IMG/VR virus record: IMGVR_UViG_3300035531_000138
Coordinates: 1-40,766 of that record
DNA from: a virus
Lineage: Duplodnaviria > Caudoviricetes
Strand: one strand, 5' to 3'
Length of the DNA stretch: 40,766 nucleotides
Shown here: piece after piece, positions 23,211 to 33,237 of the stretch
How positions within the stretch are numbered: the first letter of the stretch is position 1
Layout of the letters: every line of letters begins with the position of its first letter
Made by a program: the position numbers and the translations under genes
Notes under the pieces: generated by a model
What the model saw: the letters and a program-made list of their open reading frames with translations, nothing else
What the model was told of the DNA's origin: nothing
Database searches by the model: none

Positions 23211-26200
23211 TATAACCTCGTGGCGTTATTGAGATCACCACCTTCTTTACTTATAAAGGCAAGGTCACGTCTACTAAATCGCATAGTAGGTTGCACATTT
23301 ATATTAGGATTCATATTTAAACCTCTAATAGCTGTTTCAACTGCATTAAGCCTATTAACTATATTACCATCATTAAAACCACCACCAGCGCTAAAAGTAT
23401 TTGCACCACTAACATTAGGGGTTGGGTTGCCGCCAGTAGTTGAAAAATCTCCAAGCTTAAAGTCTTTTAAATCATTTAAGAAAACATTGCCAACACTACC
23501 AGAACCAGGAAATAAAATATCTAGGAATTCAAACAGAGCTTTCTTAGCGGCCAATTCAATAGCCATTTTTGTTAGCATTTTAGCGAATTCATTAGCTATA
23601 TATTCAAAATATTCACCCCATTTTTTCTTTTGCATATTAACGCCATCAAATACATCATCAGTTATTTGGCTAAGACCATCAGAAATTGATGAATAAGCGG
23701 TATTAAATGCATCTGTCCAGTACAGGGCAGCATTGCCCCAAGCATCTTTAAGTCCTTCTATGGTTTGATATTGCACTCCATAAGCCAGTAGCATTTTTTC
23801 AGCTGCTTCATTACCAAATGCTTTTTTAAGAGCTGCATAATATTTTTCTATTGATTTAGCAGACTTTTCAAATTCTTCACCATTACTCATTTTTTTATAT
23901 AATTTATCAAAATAATCAGCAGATTGTTGTGTACTTTCTTTAAGATTCTCAAGCCAATTTTCCCAATCTGTAGGTGGTTCGGTTTTTTCAAGTCCTCTCA
24001 TTGCAGCTTCTAATCTTGCTATTGTAGCCCTTATTTCGTCATATCCTTCAGTTACACTACTCATTGAATCTAACAAGCCCCATAGCTTGGTTATTTTTGC
24101 TGCTATTTTAGTTTTTTCTATATCACGTAATTTATTTAAATCACTAACACCAATTTTCATTGCTTCATATTTGGTATCTATATCGTCTAAAATATCTTTA
24201 AGCTTTTTATTTATATTTATTTCAGCTTTAGTTTTCCCAGTAAGATTAGTTAATTTAGCAGTTAAATCAGCTATTATAGCACCAACTTCGTTATATTTTT
24301 TACCACCCTTTTCAACAGATTTCTGTAAGTTTTCATAAATATCTATTTGGGCTTGAATACTTTGTATTTGTAATTGTCGCTTTTCATTTTCGCTTTTAGC
24401 TTCATTTCCTAATGTTTTATATTTATTAGCAAGGTTTTCTGTTTTATCTGCTGCTGCATCTAATCTCTGTTCCCAAGTTAAAGATTCATCTACTATATCA
24501 GCCTGAGCCTGATGTAGTTTTTTAACGGTATCATATAAACCAGTACTTTGTAAACCCATAGCCTCCATAGCATCACGGATTTTTTTGTATACTTTTGCTA
24601 ATTTTTGTGCTTCATCTTCTGGTGGTAAGTCAAGTCCCTTAATTCTTTCTATTTCTTTTTGAGAATTAATTATTGTTTCAAATAAACTACGTAAATCATC
24701 TTGTGCTTTATCAGCACCACGTATTTTAGCATAATAATTATCAATTTCTTTTGTTAATTCCTTTAACGCAAATTCTATTTTATCCGCAGGTATAAGGTTG
24801 CTCATATCCCAACCTAAAGCTTTCATTTTTTCATCTGTTTCTTGCATTAATTTTTTAAAATCAGGTTGCAATATAGTATCTATATGAATAGATAAATCAC
24901 TCATTAATGGGATCTCTTTGTAATTTTTTAATGTAGCAGATAAAGTATCTCGTAAATCTTCAAGCTCTTTCATCTTATCATAATATGGTTTTTGATTTTT
25001 ACTTATAGCCTTTTGATTAGCATAAATAGAATTGGTAAATTCTTCTAATGTTTCATTCCCACTGGAAAAAACTTTAGTTAATGATTCAGCTGAAGTTTTA
25101 TTAGCGAGTATATCTTGCTTAGTTTTTTTCATTTGCTCGCCAAGATTAGAAAATTCTTCTATATTTACACCAGCAGCTTTTAGTAAAGCAGAAAAACTCA
25201 TTAATATTGTTTGACCAACAACTGTACCAAAGTTTTTCATACCGCTTTTAAGTTTTTTTATTTTAAAATCATAAGAACCAGCCATTTTTTCAAAAGCTTT
25301 AAGTGATTCACCAGAGCTATCAATAATTTCTTGTAAATCTCTGAATTGTCCTTCTGTATCATTAACGCCAGCAGCTAAAGCACGTAAAGCCCGCTTAGTC
25401 ATACCAAAAGTTACAAGCTGTTCTTCTGTAATACCATTTAGTTTTTCTAAAATTCCAGTTAAACCATAAGCCTGTAGATAAGTGGCATTTAAATTTATAC
25501 CGAACTCTTTAGCAACCTTAACGGCTTCTTTAGTTGGTTTAGCAAATGCAGTGAATAATCTATTTAATGAAGTAGTAGTTTCACGTAATTTCAAGCCCTG
25601 ACGGGTAGTGGTAGTAATACCAGCGCCAAGTTCTTCAAGTGAAACACCCATTTGTGCTGCTATTGGTGCTACTTTACCTAAGTTTTGTGCTAAATCCTCA
25701 AAGGTGAATACACCACGCTTAACCATAGCAAATAATTTATCAGAAACATCATAAGCTCTTTCTGATTCATATCCATAAGAATTTAAAATACCAGTAATAA
25801 CTTTTGTGGAAGTTCCTAAATCAGTCATACCAGCAGTAGCAGCTAAAGCAGAAGCACGCATAACATCCATAGCTTCCGAAACTTCAAAAGAAGAAGATAA
25901 AATATTATAATAAGATTCCGATACCGCCTTAGTAGTTTGGGCAAAACTAAATGCCATTGAACGCAACTGTGTTTTGATGGTATTAGTCATCTTTTCAGTA
26001 TTACCAGAAATCATTGTAGTAACTTTAGCGACTTGCTTTTCAAGGTCTATAAAGCCACCAATAGAATTACTAACAAATGATTTAATACCACGTACAGCAC
26101 TATAAGCAAGTCCTACAGTAAATAAAAATGCCAATCTTTTAGTGGTTCTTTCTAATGATACAGATTCTTTTAAAGCTTTTTTAAAGCTGGTTTTGGTTTT

Positions 26201-26347
26201 ATTGCCGAAAATTTCAGCTCCCTTACCAGCCTTATTATAGCTTTTATCTATTTTACCTATTCTGCCTTTTAATTTATTTAAATCAGCATTTAGTTTTTTA
26301 TTATCTAATCTAACTTCTATAAAAGCAGAACCAAGTTTTTCATCCAT
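23210..26347 (-). CDS. Tail tape measure protein
   Basis: 1045 aa, helical; TP901-type core (GVFTFEDLAQNLGKVAPIAAQMGVSLEE); follows chaperones. Confidence 0.95.
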   Translation of the reverse strand: MDEKLGSAFIEVRLDNKKLNADLNKLKGRIGKIDKSYNKAGKGAEIFGNKTKTSFKKALKESVSLERTTKRLAFLFTVGLAYSAVRGIKSFVSNSIGGFIDLEKQVAKVTTMISGNTEKMTNTIKTQLRSMAFSFAQTTKAVSESYYNILSSSFEVSEAMDVMRASALAATAGMTDLGTSTKVITGILNSYGYESERAYDVSDKLFAMVKRGVFTFEDLAQNLGKVAPIAAQMGVSLEELGAGITTTTRQGLKLRETTTSLNRLFTAFAKPTKEAVKVAKEFGINLNATYLQAYGLTGILEKLNGITEEQLVTFGMTKRALRALAAGVNDTEGQFRDLQEIIDSSGESLKAFEKMAGSYDFKIKKLKSGMKNFGTVVGQTILMSFSALLKAAGVNIEEFSNLGEQMKKTKQDILANKTSAESLTKVFSSGNETLEEFTNSIYANQKAISKNQKPYYDKMKELEDLRDTLSATLKNYKEIPLMSDLSIHIDTILQPDFKKLMQETDEKMKALGWDMSNLIPADKIEFALKELTKEIDNYYAKIRGADKAQDDLRSLFETIINSQKEIERIKGLDLPPEDEAQKLAKVYKKIRDAMEAMGLQSTGLYDTVKKLHQAQADIVDESLTWEQRLDAAADKTENLANKYKTLGNEAKSENEKRQLQIQSIQAQIDIYENLQKSVEKGGKKYNEVGAIIADLTAKLTNLTGKTKAEININKKLKDILDDIDTKYEAMKIGVSDLNKLRDIEKTKIAAKITKLWGLLDSMSSVTEGYDEIRATIARLEAAMRGLEKTEPPTDWENWLENLKESTQQSADYFDKLYKKMSNGEEFEKSAKSIEKYYAALKKAFGNEAAEKMLLAYGVQYQTIEGLKDAWGNAALYWTDAFNTAYSSISDGLSQITDDVFDGVNMQKKKWGEYFEYIANEFAKMLTKMAIELAAKKALFEFLDILFPGSGSVGNVFLNDLKDFKLGDFSTTGGNPTPNVSGANTFSAGGGFNDGNIVNRLNAVETAIRGLNMNPNINVQPTMRFSRRDLAFISKEGGDLNNATRL

Positions 26348-26358
26348 TATTTACCCTT

Positions 26359-26559
26359 TTAGCGTTTCATATTCTTAATTTTACCTAAAACTAATTTTGC
26401 CACAACTGGATCGGTAGTATCCAACACTTCTTCATCTGTATTGTTCTTATCACTATATTTTTCTTCTATATATTTGCTATAGGCGGCCACTTCTTCTAAG
26501 GTTAAATCATTAATTTGCTCTATTGTAAAACCGAATTCAGAAGTAAGCGCTGGATACAC
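26359..26559 (-). CDS. Tail assembly chaperone frameshift extension (gpT-like)
   Basis: In -1 frame of upstream gene past CCC-A10 run; GFTIEQINDLT motif. Confidence 0.75.
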   Translation of the reverse strand: MYPALTSEFGFTIEQINDLTLEEVAAYSKYIEEKYSDKNNTDEEVLDTTDPVVAKLVLGKIKNMKR

Positions 26560-26570
26560 CCTATTCCAAT

Positions 26571-26963
26571 TTATTTTTTGATTTTTTTTTTGGGTTCTTC
26601 TTTATCGTTATTACCCATAATAGCTGTAATACCAATATCAACTAAATCTTTGAATTCTTCTGCGGTTATTTCATTTAGAAAGTCATTATAACTTTTATCT
26701 ATATCGGTTTGATGCCAAAATAAATAGGTAACACCATCTTCTGATGTTAGAAATTCAAAAAACTCTGTTTCTGAGATATTGCTATTTATAACCTGCATTA
26801 TCAATTCTTTTTTAATTGAGCTATCTTCAACAGTTTCATCGATATTCTTTATTTTACCTTGCCTGATATACTTACGGATTTTAAGTCTATCCCTCATTGT
26901 AAGTTTGCGAAAAGAATATTCCTTACCGTTAAAAGTAACAGTTTGCTTTTTCTCACCTATCAT
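26571..26963 (-). CDS. Tail assembly chaperone (gpG-like)
   Basis: Between tail tube and tape measure genes; slippery 3' end. Confidence 0.8.
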   Translation of the reverse strand: MIGEKKQTVTFNGKEYSFRKLTMRDRLKIRKYIRQGKIKNIDETVEDSSIKKELIMQVINSNISETEFFEFLTSEDGVTYLFWHQTDIDKSYNDFLNEITAEEFKDLVDIGITAIMGNNDKEEPKKKIKK

Positions 26964-27700
26964 TTTATCACCTCATAAATTATTACATCAGAAATTGCCA
27001 AGGGGCCATCTGCTGCCTTACCTTTAATTTCAAAATTTGTATTGCTTGCTTCACCGCAATCTACAACAGCCCATTTATTAGCTATATTATTAAATTCAAT
27101 ATTAGCCCCGCCTATATTACAATAACCAGGACTGCCAGTAGCGGTAGAAGCACCTTTAATAAGTACTATATAATTGCTGTTAATTGTTAAAACACCAGGC
27201 AAATTTGTATTACCATCAGCATTCGCATCATAAATAAGTTCATTAGATACTATACTCCAACTTGTATCTATAACATCCCAATCTGAAAAATCGCCACGGC
27301 TCTCTGATTCATTTGAGGCTATTGTAAAGGTATTAACACCACGAAATGAAAGGCTTTCTGAGCCGACATCATCTACATTTAAGCCTAAATTATTGCCGAC
27401 AAGTGTAGCAGTGGCCATAATCATATTATTACCGCTAATTTGGAATATCATCAGACTTGTATGACCAATTTCTAATTTGGGGATAGCAGTAGTATCGATA
27501 AAACCATTTACAGTAGCTGTCCATTCTTGCAATGAATACAAGAAATCTTTCCAACTAACGCCGCCCTCTTTGAAGGTAGTAACATCAATTTCTGATATTG
27601 ATAAATCTAAAGTCCATTCATTTGTACTTGGTAACATATCCCACACACCTGATGTAGAAGGTTCACAAAGCACATATGCATCTTTCCCTGTAATCTTCAT
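26960..27700 (-). CDS. Second tail-tube-like protein with C-terminal extension
   Basis: N-terminal ~125 aa paralogous to 27710-28087 (MKITGKD...W.LD.SI.E.D). Confidence 0.75.
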   Translation of the reverse strand: MKITGKDAYVLCEPSTSGVWDMLPSTNEWTLDLSISEIDVTTFKEGGVSWKDFLYSLQEWTATVNGFIDTTAIPKLEIGHTSLMIFQISGNNMIMATATLVGNNLGLNVDDVGSESLSFRGVNTFTIASNESESRGDFSDWDVIDTSWSIVSNELIYDANADGNTNLPGVLTINSNYIVLIKGASTATGSPGYCNIGGANIEFNNIANKWAVVDCGEASNTNFEIKGKAADGPLAISDVIIYEVIK

Positions 27701-27709
27701 AACGCCTCC

Positions 27710-28087
27710 TTATGCGGTAGGCCAGGTTATACCATCTTCATCAACCCTAAAGTTCATTGTGTAAGTTGCTTCATCTTCTACTGCAACACTGGGGCTAATA
27801 CCAGTAATAACACCAGTAAATTGAATTTGATTACCACTATCAATTGTTAATATAAACGCAGCATTTTCACCTAAGGTTACAGCACCTAAAGTACTTGAAG
27901 CATTGTCTGTTATATTTCCTTCAAAACTTCCAGTTGCTTCTTTTAAACCAAATACATAAGATTTGTTTCCACTATTTCCAAAAGCTGATGCATCATATTC
28001 ATCAATTGAAACATCTAAGCTCCAAGACTTTGATTCAATTGTGTTTCCACCTACGCTTACTTGTCCATCTTTACCTGTAATTTTCAT
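27710..28087 (-). CDS. Major tail tube protein
   Basis: Size, composition, KSYVFGLKE motif, position. Confidence 0.8.
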   Translation of the reverse strand: MKITGKDGQVSVGGNTIESKSWSLDVSIDEYDASAFGNSGNKSYVFGLKEATGSFEGNITDNASSTLGAVTLGENAAFILTIDSGNQIQFTGVITGISPSVAVEDEATYTMNFRVDEDGITWPTA

Positions 28088-28100
28088 TATATCCTCCTAA

Positions 28101-28535
28101 TTATGCTTCTTGTAATTCTATATCATAGCGTGAGATATGTTGCCACACGCCGTTAATAGCGATTGTATTGCTAAATACTCTAACACACTTAACAGTATTA
28201 TAGCCATCTACAGTTGTTATATCAGTTCTATCCATCCCCTCACATAAAGTATCTTCTAAAATATTCACTTGTGCTGATGATGGATTTTGGTCTATTATAT
28301 TAACTTCTAAAATAAAGCGTTCTGATGTGCTTTCAAAGGTATATTCTGGTCTATTATCTTCTAAATAAAACACTATATAAGGTGTAGCCAATTCGGGATA
28401 ACCGTTATCATTAAGGCTATAACCTTCTTGGCCAAAACCAGGAACAGTTTCAAAGTAAATAGCTTCTACCCCTGAACCTAATATGGTATTTAATTTATTA
28501 TAAACACCTTTTTGAATAGCTGTCTTATTTTTCAT
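28101..28535 (-). CDS. Tail terminator / completion protein
   Basis: AIQKGVYNKL and PYIV motifs; position. Confidence 0.75.
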   Translation of the reverse strand: MKNKTAIQKGVYNKLNTILGSGVEAIYFETVPGFGQEGYSLNDNGYPELATPYIVFYLEDNRPEYTFESTSERFILEVNIIDQNPSSAQVNILEDTLCEGMDRTDITTVDGYNTVKCVRVFSNTIAINGVWQHISRYDIELQEA

Positions 28536-28951
28536 ACACCTATACCTACTTTGTTAAATAATTCATTTTTAGTTTCTGCTAAACCATAATCTAAATATTT
28601 ACGTTTACCTGTTCTTATATCCAAATTCAAATAATAAGCATAGCCAATACCGTCCATATTATCCCAATCTTGAAATACACCAAACCGTAGAGCTACATCA
28701 CTTGGTCTAATACGGGTAGCGCTTGTAAGAGCATCATTTAATTTTCCACTCATATTAGCTGGATAATTATCTGGTAAAGAAGGATAATGTTCTTTACCTT
28801 TAAACATAATAGGATGGCTGCTACGTCTTGGAGTGCTTTCCATACCTTGTTTAATGTGCTCCACAACTTTCTTACCATAATCATCAAGAATATTTTTCTC
28901 TTTATAATTAAGTTTTTCCTTAAATGCTTTATCAAACCAAGTAACTTTCAT
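28532..28951 (-). CDS. HK97 gp10-like neck protein
   Basis: PANMSGKL and YAYYL motifs; position. Confidence 0.7.
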   Translation of the reverse strand: MKVTWFDKAFKEKLNYKEKNILDDYGKKVVEHIKQGMESTPRRSSHPIMFKGKEHYPSLPDNYPANMSGKLNDALTSATRIRPSDVALRFGVFQDWDNMDGIGYAYYLNLDIRTGKRKYLDYGLAETKNELFNKVGIGV

Positions 28952-29256
28952 AATATATTCTCCAAGTAAATCTTAAGAAGTTTATTATTACTATTTATAT
29001 TCTCTAATATTTTTATTCTATATCTAAACCCATTAATAATCAATTCCTGTCCTTTATCGATAAAGTCTAAATATTCAGTTATAAAAATACTACCAATATT
29101 CATATTATTATCTGCATATGGTACATCATCTTTAGTAACAGCTGTAATATGATCACCATAAATATAACAAATATCCTGAACTGATTTATTAAACCCACCC
29201 ATATTATCGGAAGTTTGTATATAATCACGCAAGAGAGCTTTCACATTCCCTGTCAT
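28948..29256 (-). CDS. Head closure / head-tail adaptor
   Basis: DNMGG motif; size; position. Confidence 0.7.
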   Translation of the reverse strand: MTGNVKALLRDYIQTSDNMGGFNKSVQDICYIYGDHITAVTKDDVPYADNNMNIGSIFITEYLDFIDKGQELIINGFRYRIKILENINSNNKLLKIYLENIL

Positions 29257-30365
29257 AGCAATACCTTTTTGTATTTATCTAATACATTTTTAACATATTT
29301 AGGTATATCCTCTGTAAGCTTATAAACAACTTTATCACGCTTGATATAATCTGCATTTATAGTGCCACTTTTAATTTGTTCAAATATAATTTGAACTAAG
29401 ATTTTAGCAGCTGTTTTAATATCTTCGGGAATAATAGCATAACCCGCATTGTAAGTTATAAATACTTTATCCCTTATATAATCTTCAAATTCTAAAATAC
29501 CAGTATTACGGTTAATATCACAATAATATTGTTCATTGCTTTTTATTTTAATTCCAACATAACCATGACTTGTTATAAGAGCACCAGTATCTGGTATAGT
29601 GGTTGGATTTGTATTATCGGCATAATTATTATTAATTATTTCAGCTTTCCAATTATTTTCTGCATTTATGGCAGTTACTAAAGCGGTTACAGTATTATAA
29701 TCAGCTAAGGTTAAAGCAACTTCATTATTAACCCCATGTCTTAAATAACAGACACCATCATAAAATTCAATATAACTGGTAATGTATTGATTATTATATT
29801 TAACCTTAAATATTGTAATTTCACCTATATTAATAGCTTTAATAGAATTAATAGGATAATGATTTAACCCAATTACTCTACCATCCAACTCATATATTTC
29901 CGAATAATCAGCAGCTTCGATTTTATTATGGCAATAAGAATCTTTTATAAAGCCATCAATTAAATTAATTACATTTTCCACTAAAGCGGAATTAGTTTCG
30001 GGTGCTTGGTCAGCTACTAAAGTTAGTGCTGGGTCTTTATCAGAAGTAAAACCAAGCAAATATCCAGCTGTGCTACCAATATGTGTGTAACCTATATTTA
30101 GTTCTATTTCGCTATCATCCGTAACTGAGATAGTTAATTTAGAATTTACAAAACTAACAGAAGAATTTATACCAGTATCGGCTGCATTTATTTGGGTTAT
30201 AAGATGAGAACAAAGAGAATCACTATCATAATAACCATTATCTAAAGTTATGGTATAAGAATTTCCCTCTATAACCAAAACTAATTTATTTTGGTTACCA
30301 TTGATAAAAAACTTCTCGTTTTCTATACCTAAAAAGCTAAGTGCTTCATTTACCGAAATTAGCAT
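29253..30365 (-). CDS. Head-tail connector protein with large insertions
   Basis: MLISVNEALSFLGI start; YNAGY..IPEDIKTA and VLDKYK end. Confidence 0.75.
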   Translation of the reverse strand: MLISVNEALSFLGIENEKFFINGNQNKLVLVIEGNSYTITLDNGYYDSDSLCSHLITQINAADTGINSSVSFVNSKLTISVTDDSEIELNIGYTHIGSTAGYLLGFTSDKDPALTLVADQAPETNSALVENVINLIDGFIKDSYCHNKIEAADYSEIYELDGRVIGLNHYPINSIKAINIGEITIFKVKYNNQYITSYIEFYDGVCYLRHGVNNEVALTLADYNTVTALVTAINAENNWKAEIINNNYADNTNPTTIPDTGALITSHGYVGIKIKSNEQYYCDINRNTGILEFEDYIRDKVFITYNAGYAIIPEDIKTAAKILVQIIFEQIKSGTINADYIKRDKVVYKLTEDIPKYVKNVLDKYKKVLL

Positions 30366-30552
30366 TTACAATTCTTTCAGCTTCTTTTTTATCCATACCA
30401 TACCTTTCCATAAAGCTTTGAATGAGATGCTCAATTTCAAGTTTTCTTTCTTTGCTAAGTTTTTCAGGTTTAGTTTCATTTGCATCTGCTTTGTCTTTAT
30501 CCCAATATTTAGCTCTACGCATTTGTTTATCCTTATAATTAGTTTTTGCCAT
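30346..30552 (-). CDS. Small basic hypothetical protein
   Basis: Start moved to ATG 30552 after AGGGG. Confidence 0.65.
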   Translation of the reverse strand: MAKTNYKDKQMRRAKYWDKDKADANETKPEKLSKERKLEIEHLIQSFMERYGMDKKEAERIVNANFGK

Positions 30553-30600
30553 AATTACCCCTAAACTGGCAGGGGCATAAGCCCCCACCATTTAATCACA

Positions 30601-31086
30601 CTATGCTATTGCTGTTGGGTCGTTCTTATCTTCATATCTTGGTTGAGATAGAATTGCCTGAGCGCTTGCCAAAACGGAATTACCAGGGTTAGTAATACTA
30701 AGTTCAAGTGCTGGATAACCAGAACTCAATTCAGTAGCATCAACCTCAATTACTAAGAACTTATTATCAGTAATATCAATATCGCCGCCACTTACTATCC
30801 TTAAGCCAGTAGAGGGAGCAGTAGATAAAGAACCCAATGTATCGCCAGTAGCTGTATCTTCTAAGCGATATTTAAAAGCAATATTTGTACTATTACTTGG
30901 AGTAAAGTCATCACATTCAGCCAATGTCAAGGTAGCATCAGCCGCATCATTTACAACCCCAAATTCAACTATAATAGTAGCATGTCCATAATTTTTCAAT
31001 GTAAATACATCAGAACTGGTAGCTGCACCTGTAATATCAACAGGTGGCAATATATTTACAATATGATTTTCTTCAGTAAAAGTCAT
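30601..31086 (-). CDS. Probable capsid decoration protein
   Basis: Beta-rich acidic 161 aa directly after capsid gene. Confidence 0.6.
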   Translation of the reverse strand: MTFTEENHIVNILPPVDITGAATSSDVFTLKNYGHATIIVEFGVVNDAADATLTLAECDDFTPSNSTNIAFKYRLEDTATGDTLGSLSTAPSTGLRIVSGGDIDITDNKFLVIEVDATELSSGYPALELSITNPGNSVLASAQAILSQPRYEDKNDPTAIA

Positions 31087-31095
31087 TATAACCTC

Positions 31096-32250
31096 CTATG
31101 CTCTTTCTGCAATTGTTACAAATGGAGATAAGCTATCGCCATTTTCTGGTGTAAATGCACTGGCATCCATAGGTTGACCATCCCAACGATAGGTAAGTCT
31201 ATAAGTTCCCATATCATAATCAAATTTAAGATGCATTGAAGCTACTGTATTAATACCATTAGATTTCTCTAATATGCCATATTGACTTAAATCAGCCAAA
31301 ATAACATCACCTTTAGAGCCAAGTGTCTTAGCATGCTCGGTATAGATAATTGGTTTACCCAATAAAGTACCATAAGGCGCTCCAGCCAATCCATTTGGCG
31401 GAGTGTAAACTAAGAAATTACCAGAACCCATTGTTAAACTAAGTAACTGTGGAATTACAGTCGGATTAATTAACCAAACACCACTATCTTTACCTTTGAA
31501 GCGAGCATATTGCTTAATTAAGTTATTCACATTAACAGTATTGGCTACCTGTGAATCCTCTTTAGCTATCGTAATAAGACAAGGTGCATTTAAAATACCA
31601 AGTGGTTGATTAGCACCAGTTCCTACCAGAATATCCTTATTACGTCTCCAACGTAAAACATCAGAGAACTTAGTCATAAGAAATGGTTCAAGTGTAACTG
31701 GGCTATCTTCAATCATTTCATTAGGGACATGTACAAGAGCAGCCAGTTTTTTAAGTTTAAAATTAATACGCCCAAAACTTGGTTGAGAGCCAGTAATTTG
31801 CGCAGCTTCTTCTGTATAGTAAGTCTTTACTCCACCGTAAATATTAGATGAATGATCATCATCTTTTACAGTTGGGAAAGTAAGATTATTACTGGTAGTA
31901 GGCATACGCATGGTGCGATTATAAATTTCATCCCCTTCAATCGATTTTTCCCAGATTCGCTGCGAAAATGCTCTTGGTATTAAAGCACCACCTTCTGAAT
32001 TAACACCAGTATTGAGTCTCTTAATACGTTTATCATTCGGGTTAGATGCTACTGTTTTGACAAACTCACTAAAGTTTTCAAAATCACCTTTAGCTTTCAT
32101 ATCTTCTTCTCGTTCTGAAGCGCTTACCTGAATATCATCAAGTTTATCTGTTAATCCAGAAACTGTCTTTATGACTTCATCATTTACGCTTTTCAGACTT
32201 TCTTCTAAAACTTCCTTAGTCAAAGGAGTTTTTTCTTTTTTATCAGCCAT
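31096..32250 (-). CDS. Major capsid protein, HK97 family
   Basis: EGGALIP, LKKLAALVHVPNEMIEDS, GTGANQPLGIL, LLGKPI, RWDGQP. Confidence 0.95.
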   Translation of the reverse strand: MADKKEKTPLTKEVLEESLKSVNDEVIKTVSGLTDKLDDIQVSASEREEDMKAKGDFENFSEFVKTVASNPNDKRIKRLNTGVNSEGGALIPRAFSQRIWEKSIEGDEIYNRTMRMPTTSNNLTFPTVKDDDHSSNIYGGVKTYYTEEAAQITGSQPSFGRINFKLKKLAALVHVPNEMIEDSPVTLEPFLMTKFSDVLRWRRNKDILVGTGANQPLGILNAPCLITIAKEDSQVANTVNVNNLIKQYARFKGKDSGVWLINPTVIPQLLSLTMGSGNFLVYTPPNGLAGAPYGTLLGKPIIYTEHAKTLGSKGDVILADLSQYGILEKSNGINTVASMHLKFDYDMGTYRLTYRWDGQPMDASAFTPENGDSLSPFVTIAERA

Positions 32251-32313
32251 TATTTCCTCCATTTATATAAAGTATTCAAATGTTCCTGTTAGCTCTTAAA
32301 TCTAACTCCAGAA

Positions 32314-33237
32314 CTATACTTTTCCTGTTAATTTAGCTATTTCATTTGTTATATTCTTTTTATAATTATCAAGAAGATCACTTACATCATCTAAAGTAAG
32401 ACCCTTTTCTTCCATTTCTTCTTCTTGTTCAGAATCAGCTTCATCCTGAGCTTCCGATAATGCTTTAATTAGCATATCGAGTTTTTCATTTGTCTTATTA
32501 ATACCATCTGCAAGATTTTTTAATTCTTCATTCATCTCTTCTTCTCCTAATCCTAATTCTTGAAACATTTCATTAGAAAGTTTTATATCACCAGATTTAA
32601 CACTTAAGGTTAAGGCATCTGGATTACACGCAACAGGCACATCACTATGTTCTAATAGATAAGTCTTGGTATAAATTCTATTTGCTTCTTTAACGTTATT
32701 CTCATCCATAGCATATTTAGTTGAAATATCTTTAGCTACTTTATCATAATTATCATCACCTTTATCTACCCATTCAATAGGAATGAATCCAATGCTGGCT
32801 GCTAAAGGATGACCGTCTTTGTGCATATTATAAACATCATTCGCAAGTTGATGATTAGCATATTGTTGTTTAGCCAAAATACCTTTATGGTCGGCCTTAA
32901 TCCATTCGTCAGTCCCTAATGGTAACACAGGATAACCGCCGCCCCATATAGAACTACCATGATTATGTCCCCAAAGAAACTTTTTACTTTTTCTAAAATC
33001 AGTTAAGTCAACACCTGCTGGATCGATAATCTCTCCATCTCTATCAACGCTAACTGTGCTTACATATTTAATTACAGATCGATCTTGTTTAACGATATCA
33101 ACTGCTTCGCCATCATAGCCCTTGCTCACAAATTCTACATTATCAGCTTTTATTTTTAATCTTTTAGCTAATTCTTTAGCCTTAGGTTTATCAAATTTAG
33201 ATATATTAAAACGTTTAGTTATCAAAGATTTATTCAT
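32314..33237 (-). CDS. Prohead maturation protease with acidic C-terminal region
   Basis: VDRDGEIIDP, LWGHNH, SIGFIP, LLEHSDVPVACNPDA. Confidence 0.9.
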   Translation of the reverse strand: MNKSLITKRFNISKFDKPKAKELAKRLKIKADNVEFVSKGYDGEAVDIVKQDRSVIKYVSTVSVDRDGEIIDPAGVDLTDFRKSKKFLWGHNHGSSIWGGGYPVLPLGTDEWIKADHKGILAKQQYANHQLANDVYNMHKDGHPLAASIGFIPIEWVDKGDDNYDKVAKDISTKYAMDENNVKEANRIYTKTYLLEHSDVPVACNPDALTLSVKSGDIKLSNEMFQELGLGEEEMNEELKNLADGINKTNEKLDMLIKALSEAQDEADSEQEEEMEEKGLTLDDVSDLLDNYKKNITNEIAKLTGKV

